64,000 nucleotides of DNA, taken from contig JAYTHU010000170.1 in the NCBI GenBank assembly GCA_043732305.1, positions 32,001-96,000 on the forward strand, read 5' to 3'. Made by a program: the position numbers and the translations under genes. The notes beneath the pieces were generated by a model. It had not been told where the DNA came from. It was given only the letters and a program-made list of their open reading frames with translations, and did not search any database. The stretch is from Oligoflexia bacterium (GTDB lineage Bacteria; Bdellovibrionota; Bdellovibrionia; JABDDW01). Below, in pieces: positions 20,281 through 29,337 of this stretch (within the stretch, counting starts at the first letter, position 1; each line of letters opens with the position of its first letter).

Positions 20281-21134
20281 AAAACTCCTGTTTGTTTTAA
20301 AACTTGCTTGGTTTTTTTCTTTAAATTTTCATCGAAAGGCACGAGCGGCAAGCGTAATTCATCACTCTTGATAATGCCCATTTCTTTCAGCGCCCACTTT
20401 ACAGGGATGGGATTAGACTCAGAGAATAATGCATGAGAAATAAGCTTTATTTTTTCAATGTCTTTGTCCGTCGCGTAGAGACACAGCCGAGGAACCACGT
20501 GAGAAATCACGCTAATGACACCGTGGGCACCAGCATTCATGGCGGACACAAATGTTTCATCGTCACCAGAGAGTATCGAAAAGCTTTTGGGCAGCACTTT
20601 GACCAAATCTTTAATGATGCTTAGATCACCGGTTGCTTCTTTAATGCCTACGATATTTTTTATTTTAGAAAGTTGCAGAACCGTCGAAACTTTTAAAGGC
20701 GTGACCGTACGCGAAGGAACGTTGTAAACAATGACTGGTTTCTTAGTGCTCTGAGCAATGATCTTGAAATGCTCAATGAGCCCACGCTGTGGAGGCTTAT
20801 TGTAATAAGGAGTTACTATTAAAAATCCTGATACTTTTGTTTTAGAAAAAAGCTTTGTCAGTGCCACGCTTTCCAAAGTGTTATTGGTCCCACTTCCCAT
20901 GATCACGGGAACTTCGCCGGAAACTTCAGAAAGTACAAAATTCAAAAGTTTTGATTTTTCCTTAACTGTCAAAGTGGCGGCTTCACCTGTGGAGCCTGAA
21001 ACAACTAAACCTTGAATGCCCGCGTCTATCTGATGCTTGATAAGATTGCGCAAAGATTTAAAATCGATTTTGCCGCGATAAAAAGGGGTGACAAGTGCGG
21101 TGCTCACGCCTTTAAAGAAAATTTCTTTCTTCAT
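20277..21134 (-). CDS. dapA: 4-hydroxy-tetrahydrodipicolinate synthase
   Basis: ALVTPF, GSTGE, PYYNKP, YNVPSRT, GIKEA, SGDD. Confidence 0.96.
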   Translation of the reverse strand: MKKEIFFKGVSTALVTPFYRGKIDFKSLRNLIKHQIDAGIQGLVVSGSTGEAATLTVKEKSKLLNFVLSEVSGEVPVIMGSGTNNTLESVALTKLFSKTKVSGFLIVTPYYNKPPQRGLIEHFKIIAQSTKKPVIVYNVPSRTVTPLKVSTVLQLSKIKNIVGIKEATGDLSIIKDLVKVLPKSFSILSGDDETFVSAMNAGAHGVISVISHVVPRLCLYATDKDIEKIKLISHALFSESNPIPVKWALKEMGIIKSDELRLPLVPFDENLKKKTKQVLKQTGVL

Positions 21135-21964
21135 ACGCGCACCTTTAGAATCTCGGGATGCAGCTCACCAGAGCAAACATATTCCGCAGGCCCTTTAAGT
21201 TTTGCCCAAGAGAAATTATCTCCAAAGGTCACGCACAAAAGTCCGCCAGGCATCATCACTTCGATAGGTGAAGCTTCTCCCATGACCACCGCTTGTGCCG
21301 CAGCCGCAACGGCTCCAGTTCCACATGCCAAGGTCACACCTTCGACACCACGTTCATAAGTAGCCGCCTGAACTTTAGATTTGTCGATGATTTCAAAAAA
21401 TGTAGCATTGGCTCCATTAGTTTTTTTAAAAAAATCATGATTGCGTAAATATTCACCCATTTCATTCAAGTACTCATTGCTCCAGTCATCAGTTTGCTTG
21501 ACGACATGAGGAACTCCGGTGTCCCAGTAACCCACTTGAACTTTAATATGTTCGCCAACCGGGACATCTAAAGATTTGAACATCATCTTTGGTTTGGTCA
21601 TTTGTACTTCAACCGTACTGTCATCATTTTGACCGGAGAGAGAAGCACTGACAATTCCCGCGATTGTTTCAAACTTCATTTCACGACCAGCGATTTTATT
21701 ATCAAAAGCATAGCGAGCCACACATCTTGAGCCGTTACCGCACATTTCCGCCACGCTTCCGTCAGCGTTATAAAAATCCCATTTGAAATCATTTTCCTTG
21801 TTTGCGGGAGCTTCAATAAAAAACAGCCCATCTGCGCCAATGCCGAAGTGCCGGTGACAAACTTTGATCGCAAAACTCACGCGATCCAAAGTAGGAAAGA
21901 AATTTTCTCGCGCGTCGATAATAATAAAATCATTTCCTGCGCCCGTCATTTTTGTAAAACGCAT
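21131..21964 (-). CDS. dapF: Diaminopimelate epimerase
   Basis: FTKMTGAGNDF, EMCGNG, ERGVEGVTLACGTGA. Start trimmed to ATG 21964. Confidence 0.95.
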   Translation of the reverse strand: MRFTKMTGAGNDFIIIDARENFFPTLDRVSFAIKVCHRHFGIGADGLFFIEAPANKENDFKWDFYNADGSVAEMCGNGSRCVARYAFDNKIAGREMKFETIAGIVSASLSGQNDDSTVEVQMTKPKMMFKSLDVPVGEHIKVQVGYWDTGVPHVVKQTDDWSNEYLNEMGEYLRNHDFFKKTNGANATFFEIIDKSKVQAATYERGVEGVTLACGTGAVAAAAQAVVMGEASPIEVMMPGGLLCVTFGDNFSWAKLKGPAEYVCSGELHPEILKVRV

Positions 21965-21965
21965 A

Positions 21966-22226
21966 TTAGTCTTCATCGTTTTGGCCATTCGTGGAATTGA
22001 CAGGTTGGTCACGTTTTGATTTCTTGGCTTTTGAATTTACAGGCGCTTCGGGTTTTATTTCCGGATCGCCTTCACCTTCTCCTGTTTGAGGAGTGTAAAG
22101 AGGTCGGCCATGTCCAATGTCATCGGGACTAGCAGGAGGCTGAGGATCATTTTTGACCCCACAACTAACTACAAGCGATGAAACTACAATTAAAACGAAT
22201 GAGAAAATTAGGTTTTTTATTTTCAT
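21966..22226 (-). CDS. Small LppL/YifL(LptM)-like lipoprotein
   Basis: MKIKNLIFSFVLIVVSSLVVS-CGVKNDPQPP resembles the CGxKGxLxxP motif; located immediately upstream of dapF as yifL/lppL are. Confidence 0.65.
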   Translation of the reverse strand: MKIKNLIFSFVLIVVSSLVVSCGVKNDPQPPASPDDIGHGRPLYTPQTGEGEGDPEIKPEAPVNSKAKKSKRDQPVNSTNGQNDED

Positions 22227-23038
22227 AGAATTTTTTCTTTCGCCCGACTGCATAGGGAGGGGTCTCGAAGATTTATTTTTTTAGTCTTACATAACTCGTT
22301 GTATTTCAATATAAGTTTCTGGTCATCGAGAGATGAGGCCTGTAATTCGTTCATGTAATAATAAGCTTCCGCATAACTCTTATCTTTGCCAATGGAAGTG
22401 TCAAAATTTTTCTTCGCTTCGTCTAATTTTCCCAATTTCATTGCCGCTATTCCTCTAAAATAATAATCGAGAGCATTAGCCGAGCCAGAAGAGACCATCG
22501 CATCTGCTGTAACAAGTGCTTCGGCCCACGAGTCGGAAGCAATTTCTAAAGCAAGCTTGTCTCGTGAGAGTTCGTCATCGAGCGGATTGATTTGCAAGGC
22601 CCGAACATTTGCCTCAACGGCCAACTTTATTTTTTTAGTCCAAAACAAAGCCAGACTCAGATTGTGAAGAACCTCTGTGTTGCTTTTTTCAGTCTCATCG
22701 GCTTCCGTGAATTTATCCACAGCCTCCTGATATTTTTCTTTTTCTAGAAAATCTTTCCCAACTAAAAAATTTTGGAAACCTTTGTCCGAGTAATAGTTTT
22801 TTGAAAAATAAAAAAGGCGCTCTTTGAGGAATGCCGCATCCGCACCTTTAGATTTTCGATGAGCTTCGAAAAGAGTGTAACAAGCAAGAAGGCGATCTTG
22901 CACCAGGGTTGAATTTTCGGCTTTTTTAACTGCCTGTGAAGCTTTAGAGGACTGCCCTTGCGAAGCAGCCGGAGGGGTAAAGAGTAAGAATAAAATGATA
23001 AACGAAACCACTAAAGCATTCATGTTTAACCTCAACAT
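22223..23038 (-). CDS. Exported TPR protein
   Basis: Signal-peptide-like N-terminus and TPR-like repeats (RALQINP, YYFRGIAAMKLGKLDEAKKNF). Confidence 0.7.
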   Translation of the reverse strand: MLRLNMNALVVSFIILFLLFTPPAASQGQSSKASQAVKKAENSTLVQDRLLACYTLFEAHRKSKGADAAFLKERLFYFSKNYYSDKGFQNFLVGKDFLEKEKYQEAVDKFTEADETEKSNTEVLHNLSLALFWTKKIKLAVEANVRALQINPLDDELSRDKLALEIASDSWAEALVTADAMVSSGSANALDYYFRGIAAMKLGKLDEAKKNFDTSIGKDKSYAEAYYYMNELQASSLDDQKLILKYNELCKTKKINLRDPSLCSRAKEKIL

Positions 23039-23068
23039 TGAAAGATTTGGCGATTTTAAATTTGAAAC

Positions 23069-25366
23069 TCAGTCCAAACTATTTGCTAAAACGCGGCGAG
23101 GCTTACTTCCATTAGATGGACTAACCACACCCTCATTTTCAAGCATCTCAATCAGCCTTGCGGCCTTAGGATACCCAAATCTGAATCGACGTTGCAATAG
23201 ACTTGCGCTGACTTCTTTTTGGCTGGCCACATAGGCAACCACTTGATCGTACTCTTGATCTAACTCAGGGCTATGATGTTGGTCTTCACCCTCTGGATTG
23301 TCTATTGCCGCCTGCAGGCTCTGGACGGCGGTTTGCTCAAATTGTGGCTCCCCTTGTTTCATCCAAAATTCAGTGACGCCATTGATTTCTTCGTCACGCA
23401 AAAAAGCCCCGTGATATCGTTGCGGCTGTGAAATTCCGGGCGCTAAATAGAGCATATCTCCAACGGAAAGAAGTCTCTCTGCTCCTCGAGAATCGAGAAT
23501 AATTGTCGAGTCCACTTTGCTGGCGACCTTGAAACTGATTCGACCAGGAAAATTGGTTTTAATTAATCCGGTAAGAACTTCTCTTCTGGGACTTTGCATG
23601 GCGATGACAATATGAATACCCGCCGCGCGAGCCATTTGAGCTAAACGCACCACAAGCGGTTCAATCGATGTTCGATCAACTGACATGAGATCAGCAAACT
23701 CTTCGATCACAGCGACAATATAAGGAAGTTGTTTTGCGTAATAGGATTGGCTCATAGTTTGAGGTTGCGATTCAAAAGCTTTTATTTTTTCCTCATGAAG
23801 CGTCGTTTCTTGTATCGAAAGCTTCCCAATAACTTCATTGAAACCTTCAATATTTTTACTGCCAAACTGACTCATGGATCTATAGCGTCTTTCCATTTCT
23901 TTTACTAACCAGCGCAAGGTGGTAACAGCTGGTTTAGTTTCTTTCACTGGAGGCATGAGCAAATGAGGGATTTTATGAAACGCGCTTAGATCCACTTGTT
24001 TAGGATCAATGATGATGAGCTTCAACGTTTTTGGAGAATGTCGCATGATGAGGCTTGTCACCAAAGACATTACAAAAACGCTCTTTCCAGAACCGGTTGT
24101 TCCAGCCACAAGCAAATGAGGAAGTTTTCTCAAATCAACAATTTTTGGTTCGCCTGTGACTGATTTTCCGAGAGCGATTGGGAGCTTAATGTCTGGCGAC
24201 CAGAAATCCGGCGATTCCAAAAGATCTTTCATATAGATGGGCTGACGAGTGCTGTTTGAAGTTTCAATCCCCACCACATCTCTGCCAGGGATTGGGGCAA
24301 TTATTCTTAGCGACTCTGCTGACAGTGCGAGAGAAAGATCGTCGTTAAGTTTTGTGATCTCATTGATTTTAACACTGGCTGCGGGCTTGAATTCATACAT
24401 TGTCACAGCTGGACCGGGTTTAACATCAACCACTTGCCCCGAGACATCAAACTCCGCTAATTTTTGTTCCACTAATTTAGCATTGCGATTGATCTCACGC
24501 TCATCGACTTTTTTTGTATCTGTAGGTGCATCAAGCAAAAGCTCCATTCCGGGGAGCTGCCAATTTTCGATTTGCATAACTGGACGTTGGGGCTTGGCTT
24601 TTACTTTTTCTGCTTTTGTTCTCGCCAGGTCTTTGAGGGAAAATTTCAGCAATGATTTAGGCGCTTGATCTTTTGATTCGAGCAGAACATCTTCGTCTGA
24701 AACTGGCTCAGCCTCGGCAAATGCTCCGGGAATCTCCTTCATAAAGCTGCGCTGAGGTTCCATTTGCCGTGGAGCCATCATCTTTAATCTCAATAAGGAT
24801 GCTTCTTGGCTCAGGCGTTTGGAGAAGGTCCATATCCAAGGCATCAAATCGCGAATTGGTTTTTCGGTGTAGAAGACCAAAAAAACTAAAAAGGCAGCCC
24901 ACAGAATAATAGCCACACCTGTTTTATTAAATCCGAGAACCAAGCCATGACTTAAAAGTAAACCGAGCGCACCTCCAAGAGAAACTTGGCCGCCGTAAAT
25001 TCGAGTCTGAGGAAAATGCAGAGCCATAAGACTACTCATAACTATCAAAAGAAGAATGACCCAAACCTTGCGCAATAGATTTGGTTTCCCACCTTGATCT
25101 TTGAAAGCTTTGATCGAAGCTCTCATCATCACTATGACAAAAACCCAAGCAACAATTCCGAACAAATAGAAAAGAAAATCACTAAGAAAACTTCCAAAGT
25201 AACCACAGAAATTTTGAACATGTCCTGCTTTGGCAAACTTTGAAAAACTATTTAGAGACGGATCTGACGGGTGATAGCTCACCAAAGACAGGCCTAAAAA
25301 TAAAGCGGAAGCGCCCCATATAACACCGTAAACATCCCTGCGGAATTTTTCGAAAAATTTTGCCAT
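23069..25366 (-). CDS. ftsK: DNA translocase FtsK
   Basis: 4TM N-terminus, PHLLVAGTTGSGKS, RAAGIH, gamma domain SASLLQRRFRFGYPKAARLIE. Confidence 0.96.
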   Translation of the reverse strand: MAKFFEKFRRDVYGVIWGASALFLGLSLVSYHPSDPSLNSFSKFAKAGHVQNFCGYFGSFLSDFLFYLFGIVAWVFVIVMMRASIKAFKDQGGKPNLLRKVWVILLLIVMSSLMALHFPQTRIYGGQVSLGGALGLLLSHGLVLGFNKTGVAIILWAAFLVFLVFYTEKPIRDLMPWIWTFSKRLSQEASLLRLKMMAPRQMEPQRSFMKEIPGAFAEAEPVSDEDVLLESKDQAPKSLLKFSLKDLARTKAEKVKAKPQRPVMQIENWQLPGMELLLDAPTDTKKVDEREINRNAKLVEQKLAEFDVSGQVVDVKPGPAVTMYEFKPAASVKINEITKLNDDLSLALSAESLRIIAPIPGRDVVGIETSNSTRQPIYMKDLLESPDFWSPDIKLPIALGKSVTGEPKIVDLRKLPHLLVAGTTGSGKSVFVMSLVTSLIMRHSPKTLKLIIIDPKQVDLSAFHKIPHLLMPPVKETKPAVTTLRWLVKEMERRYRSMSQFGSKNIEGFNEVIGKLSIQETTLHEEKIKAFESQPQTMSQSYYAKQLPYIVAVIEEFADLMSVDRTSIEPLVVRLAQMARAAGIHIVIAMQSPRREVLTGLIKTNFPGRISFKVASKVDSTIILDSRGAERLLSVGDMLYLAPGISQPQRYHGAFLRDEEINGVTEFWMKQGEPQFEQTAVQSLQAAIDNPEGEDQHHSPELDQEYDQVVAYVASQKEVSASLLQRRFRFGYPKAARLIEMLENEGVVSPSNGSKPRRVLANSLD

Positions 25367-25427
25367 GCCTAATTGTATAGGAAAAATTATAATTTAGATG
25401 CGCGACCTAGGTACTATTGCAACGCAT

Positions 25428-25440
25428 AATCAACAACTTA
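25428..25440 (+). promoter_or_regulatory. Candidate IHF binding site
   Basis: AATCAACAACTTA matches WATCAANNNNTTR exactly, in the ftsK/fis divergent intergenic region. Confidence 0.4.
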
Positions 25441-25528
25441 AAAACATTATGAGGGTGTTCGTACAGTTCTCTTGCAACTTCTTCGGCATAAATATATATC
25501 AAGTCCACCAACATTATAGGGGAACCGA

Positions 25529-25840
25529 ATGTCCAACAGTAACCAGTCGCAAAATTTGCTCGTGGCTAATTTGAATCAGATCAGTCTGGAAAAACTTGTC
25601 AAAAGCAAACTTGAGGTCATTTTGGAGCAACACAAAGCTGGTGGTCGAGTCAAAAATCTTTATAACCAAGTCTTGGAACAAGTGGAAAAACCCATGATCG
25701 AACTTGCGCTGAATGTTCATGCTGGTAATCAAATTAAAACTGCGGAATTTTTGGGAATCAACAGGAACACTTTGAGAAAAAAGATCACTATCTACAAAAT
25801 CAAGATTCGCAGTTTCACTGCACCAAAAGTCGCTAAGTAA
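25529..25840 (+). CDS. fis: Fis-like DNA-binding protein
   Basis: [15 protein letters not shown]...[21 protein letters not shown] (HTH_8) in a stand-alone ~100-aa protein. Confidence 0.8.
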   Translation: MSNSNQSQNLLVANLNQISLEKLVKSKLEVILEQHKAGGRVKNLYNQVLEQVEKPMIELALNVHAGNQIKTAEFLGINRNTLRKKITIYKIKIRSFTAPKVAK

Positions 25841-25852
25841 TCTGATTTAATT

Positions 25853-26095
25853 TTATTCGTGACCAAGTTCTTCGGGACTAATTTCTTCTTCAATAAGCAC
25901 ACCTTGATCAAATGCATCTTTAGCTTGAATAATGACATCTTTGAGATATTGAGAGAGAACCTGCCTCAGCTCTTCCATGGTCATATCACTAGCATTTAGT
26001 CCTTTTTTGCTTAGCAATTTCCCTAATTCGTTGGAAACCAAATTGGCAGGCAAACCAGTGGATTCTGTGACTTTTTTAAATAGTTCATTAGACAT
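25853..26095 (-). CDS. Small hypothetical protein
   Basis: Helical 80-aa ORF from ATG 26095 (MSNELFKKV...), AGAGGGGG upstream. Confidence 0.65.
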   Translation of the reverse strand: MSNELFKKVTESTGLPANLVSNELGKLLSKKGLNASDMTMEELRQVLSQYLKDVIIQAKDAFDQGVLIEEEISPEELGHE

Positions 26096-26110
26096 AAAAG
26101 GCGTCCCCCT

Positions 26111-26139
26111 CTTGACCGACATCTGTTTAGACCCCATTA
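26111..26139 (+). promoter_or_regulatory. Candidate sigma32 promoter for the yccA-like gene
   Basis: CTTGAC-N15-CCCCATTA, close to the sigma32 consensus, about 55 nt upstream of the ATG. Confidence 0.55.
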
Positions 26140-26192
26140 TGTGAACATGGGGTTAATATCGAAGCAAAGGAATTCTTAAAAGGAGCCTGACT

Positions 26193-26900
26193 ATGCCATT
26201 CAAAGACAGTTTACAAACTCGCACGGTGAGCGGACTTGATATCTCTCGATTCTTATCCCGCGTGTACGGCTGGATGACTTTTGGACTGTTAATCACAGCG
26301 GTCACGGGCTACATGATTAGCTCAAACGCGGAACTTGCACATTCTCTGTTGCGAGGGCCCGGGCTTATTGTCGCCATAGTTTTGCAGTTTGGTTTAGTAA
26401 TTGCCCTTAGCGCAGGAATCAAACGCATGAGTGTAGGAACCGCAACCGCGTGTTTTCTGCTTTATTCTTTTGTCACCGGCGTGACCTTCTCTACAATATT
26501 TTTAGTTTATAAACTCGATACTATCGGCCAGGTATTTGCGATCACCGCTGGAACTTTCGGCACGATGGCCATCTACGGCTTTATCACTAAGCGCGATCTC
26601 TCAGGAATGGGAAGCTTCATGCTAATGGGATTGTTTGGCGTGATCATTGCCTCCGTAGTGAATATTTTTATGCATTCAGCGGGACTTGATTTTGCAGTTT
26701 CAATCTTATGCGTCGCCATTTTTTCCGGTCTTACCGCATGGGACGTGCAGAAATTAAAGCAGATTGCGGCAAGTGGAGATGTGGATAGTGATGAGTCTCA
26801 CAAAATGGCCATCTATGGAGCGCTCAGTCTTTATCTAGATTTTATCAATTTGTTCTTTGCTCTGTTACGAATTTTTGGTGGCGGCCGAAGTCGAGATTAA
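26193..26900 (+). CDS. Bax inhibitor-1/YccA family membrane protein
   Basis: About seven TMs; VYGWMTFGL, TKRDLSG, TAWDVQK, ALSLYLDFINLF. Confidence 0.92.
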   Translation: MPFKDSLQTRTVSGLDISRFLSRVYGWMTFGLLITAVTGYMISSNAELAHSLLRGPGLIVAIVLQFGLVIALSAGIKRMSVGTATACFLLYSFVTGVTFSTIFLVYKLDTIGQVFAITAGTFGTMAIYGFITKRDLSGMGSFMLMGLFGVIIASVVNIFMHSAGLDFAVSILCVAIFSGLTAWDVQKLKQIAASGDVDSDESHKMAIYGALSLYLDFINLFFALLRIFGGGRSRD

Positions 26901-26911
26901 GTTTCGACTTA

Positions 26912-27498
26912 TCAAGGCACCTTGATTACCGGCATGACTTTGTCTCTGGCAGCTCTCAAAATATAAACGGATTTTCCATCCTGATCAGGCCCTAAGCTCG
27001 CAGCTTGGAGAATCTCGTTTACCCATCCGTAAGTAGAATAGGCTCGACATAGAACTGCAAGAACTTCTTTGAATGTTGTCAGACTGAATTTTGGATCAAA
27101 AACAGGCGGAGCCACCAATGAAAAGATGCTGTGAGCCCGCGTGGGTAAGCACTGCTCCTTGGAAAGGACCGAGGATATTTTTTCCGTTAGTTTTAATTTC
27201 AACTATCGATTCAATTCCTCTTGGAGAAATAAGAGCGAGCCTGCCTTCAGGAGTTCTATTTTTGACCATGTTGAGAGCAATCGCAATCGTTCCATCTTCG
27301 AAAACGTAAGAGTTTGTCAAGACTGTTCTTTGGCTGGGCGAATAATCCACCTGGTGCATTTTTTTGACTATCCCGTGACTGAGTCTTTCCACATCAGCCG
27401 AGCCAATGAGTTTTGAGAGTGCGTCGTCACAAGGATTTGCTAACGTGGTTTTGCTGATAGCTAAAATTAAAAACATAGATATTGAGATTTTTTTTCAT
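26912..27498 (-). pseudogene. Secreted hypothetical protein gene interrupted by two single-base frameshifts
   Basis: Removing one A from the A8 run after ATG 27498 gives signal peptide MKKISISMFLILAISKTTLA-NPCDD, in frame with ORF 27096-27476. Removing one more base near 27098-27106 joins it to ORF 26912-27202, giving about 194 aa. Confidence 0.6.
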
Positions 27499-27515
27499 GA
27501 GGCACTGCCTGATTT

Positions 27516-28877
27516 TTAGTTATTTGAATGAACAGACGGAGCGGGCGCATGACCATCTGCCATTGCCAAATTTGTGAAGGTTCCGAAGTGCGATAGGAAC
27601 GTGACCTTAACTGATCCAACTGGACCGTTACGTTGCTTAGCTATGATGATTTCAGCTTGGCCTTTGTTGTCTGCGCTGTCGCGATCATAATATTCATCCC
27701 GATAAATCATGGCTATGACGTCAGCATCCTGCTCGATCGCACCTGATTCTCGAAGATCTGAAAGCATGGGACGTCGATCATTTCGACCTTCAACGCCTCG
27801 ATTGATCTGAGAGAGAACAACAACTGGTACGCCAAGTTCTTTCGCAAGTGCTTTCATGTTTCGAGACATTTCTGAAACTGCACGCTCGCGACTTTCGACT
27901 TTTACTTTTAAATCCATGATTTGAAGGTAGTCGACCATGATGAGATCAAGACCCTTTTGCGTTTTCAGTCGGCGAGCCTTTGCTCTGATTTCATAGGGAC
28001 TAATACCTGAAGTGTCATCGATGTAAAGTGGAGCATCACTGAAACGAGAAGCGACATTGATGAGTCTTGGCCAAAAGCTGTCTGCTACGCGGCCAGTTCT
28101 TAGATCACTGAGGTTGACGCGTGCTTCTGAAGCGAGCATTCGCATCATGACTGATTCCAAACCCATTTCTAAGGAAAAGAATGCGACTGATTTTTTCTCA
28201 CGCAACGCCACGTGTTGAGCGATGTTAAGCGCAAAAGCAGTTTTCCCCATGGAGGGCCGAGCTGCAATAATAACTAGATCTCCGGATTGAAGACCGGATG
28301 TCATCTTGTCAAAATCAGTGAAGCCCGTGGCCACACCGGTGACGGCTGCTTTTGCATTGTACATGTATTCGATTTTATCAAGACTGGCTTTGATGATGCT
28401 ACTCGCAGGAACAAGTCCTGCTTTTTTTGATTTTTCCGCGACTTGGAAAACACCAGACTCAGCTTCGTTAAGAAACTTGTCGAGATCTTCAAAATCTTGG
28501 TTGTAAGCTTTTTCGACGATCTCTGAGCAGATCGTGATGAGTCGACGAGTTGTCGACTTTTCTTTCACGATTTCTGCATAGTGAACAATATTTGCCGACG
28601 ACGGAGTTTGATCAACGATGGTGGCCAAATAAGATGTCCCGCCAATAGCATCGAGCTCTCCAGAATCCCGAAGAGACGACGTGATGGTCAGAAGATCTAC
28701 AGGTTGATTTTTAGTTTTAAGCCCCATCACCGTAGCGTAAATCTTACGGTGAGCGTTCTTATAAAAATCTTCCTCTGTGATCACATCCACAATGCGATCA
28801 AGCGCATCTGGATCAACCATGATGCCACCAAGGACGGATTGCTCCGCCTCTAAGTTTTGTGGAGGTATCTTTGACAT
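27516..28877 (-). CDS. dnaB: Replicative DNA helicase
   Basis: PPQNLEAEQSVLG, AARPSMGKT, VDYLQ, SDLRESGAIEQDAD, KQRNGP. Confidence 0.97.
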   Translation of the reverse strand: MSKIPPQNLEAEQSVLGGIMVDPDALDRIVDVITEEDFYKNAHRKIYATVMGLKTKNQPVDLLTITSSLRDSGELDAIGGTSYLATIVDQTPSSANIVHYAEIVKEKSTTRRLITICSEIVEKAYNQDFEDLDKFLNEAESGVFQVAEKSKKAGLVPASSIIKASLDKIEYMYNAKAAVTGVATGFTDFDKMTSGLQSGDLVIIAARPSMGKTAFALNIAQHVALREKKSVAFFSLEMGLESVMMRMLASEARVNLSDLRTGRVADSFWPRLINVASRFSDAPLYIDDTSGISPYEIRAKARRLKTQKGLDLIMVDYLQIMDLKVKVESRERAVSEMSRNMKALAKELGVPVVVLSQINRGVEGRNDRRPMLSDLRESGAIEQDADVIAMIYRDEYYDRDSADNKGQAEIIIAKQRNGPVGSVKVTFLSHFGTFTNLAMADGHAPAPSVHSNN

Positions 28878-28881
28878 TTTT

Positions 28882-29325
28882 TTATTCGCGCTCGACGTTG
28901 ACCTTTATTTCGGTTTCAACTCCGGAGGCGATTCTAATAGTCACTCGATGTTGTCCCAAGATTTTGATGGGTTCAGAAATATGAATGTCACGTTTTTCAA
29001 TCGCAAATCCAGCTTTAACAAGTTCAATTGCGATATCACTGCTAGTGACTGATCCGAAAAGTTTATCGGTTTCGCCAGCTTGTGATTTTAAAGTCACAGT
29101 GTGTGCTCCCAATTTTTCAGCGATCTTCTTAGAAGCGCCAACTGCCTTTTTCTTTCTAGCTTCAGCCATGGCTTGAAGATGCTTGAATTCTTTTTCTCGG
29201 CCTTCGGTTGCAATCAATGCAAGTTTACGGGGGAGTAAAAAGTTACGTGCGTATCCATCAGAGACTTTTACGAGATCTCCAATTTTACCAACGGCAGCAA
29301 CATCTTGAGATAAAATAACTTTCAT
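28882..29325 (-). CDS. rplI: 50S ribosomal protein L9
   Basis: MKVIL...GYARNFLLP, KLFGSVT. Confidence 0.97.
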   Translation of the reverse strand: MKVILSQDVAAVGKIGDLVKVSDGYARNFLLPRKLALIATEGREKEFKHLQAMAEARKKKAVGASKKIAEKLGAHTVTLKSQAGETDKLFGSVTSSDIAIELVKAGFAIEKRDIHISEPIKILGQHRVTIRIASGVETEIKVNVERE

Positions 29326-29337
29326 AAAGGCTCCTTT

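Noticed and set aside
26131..26153. Inverted repeat ACCCCAT-N9-ATGGGGT as a terminator or CIRCE
   Set aside because: Lies between divergent genes, has no T tract and does not match the CIRCE sequence; the left arm is explained by the sigma32-like -10. An operator role cannot be excluded.
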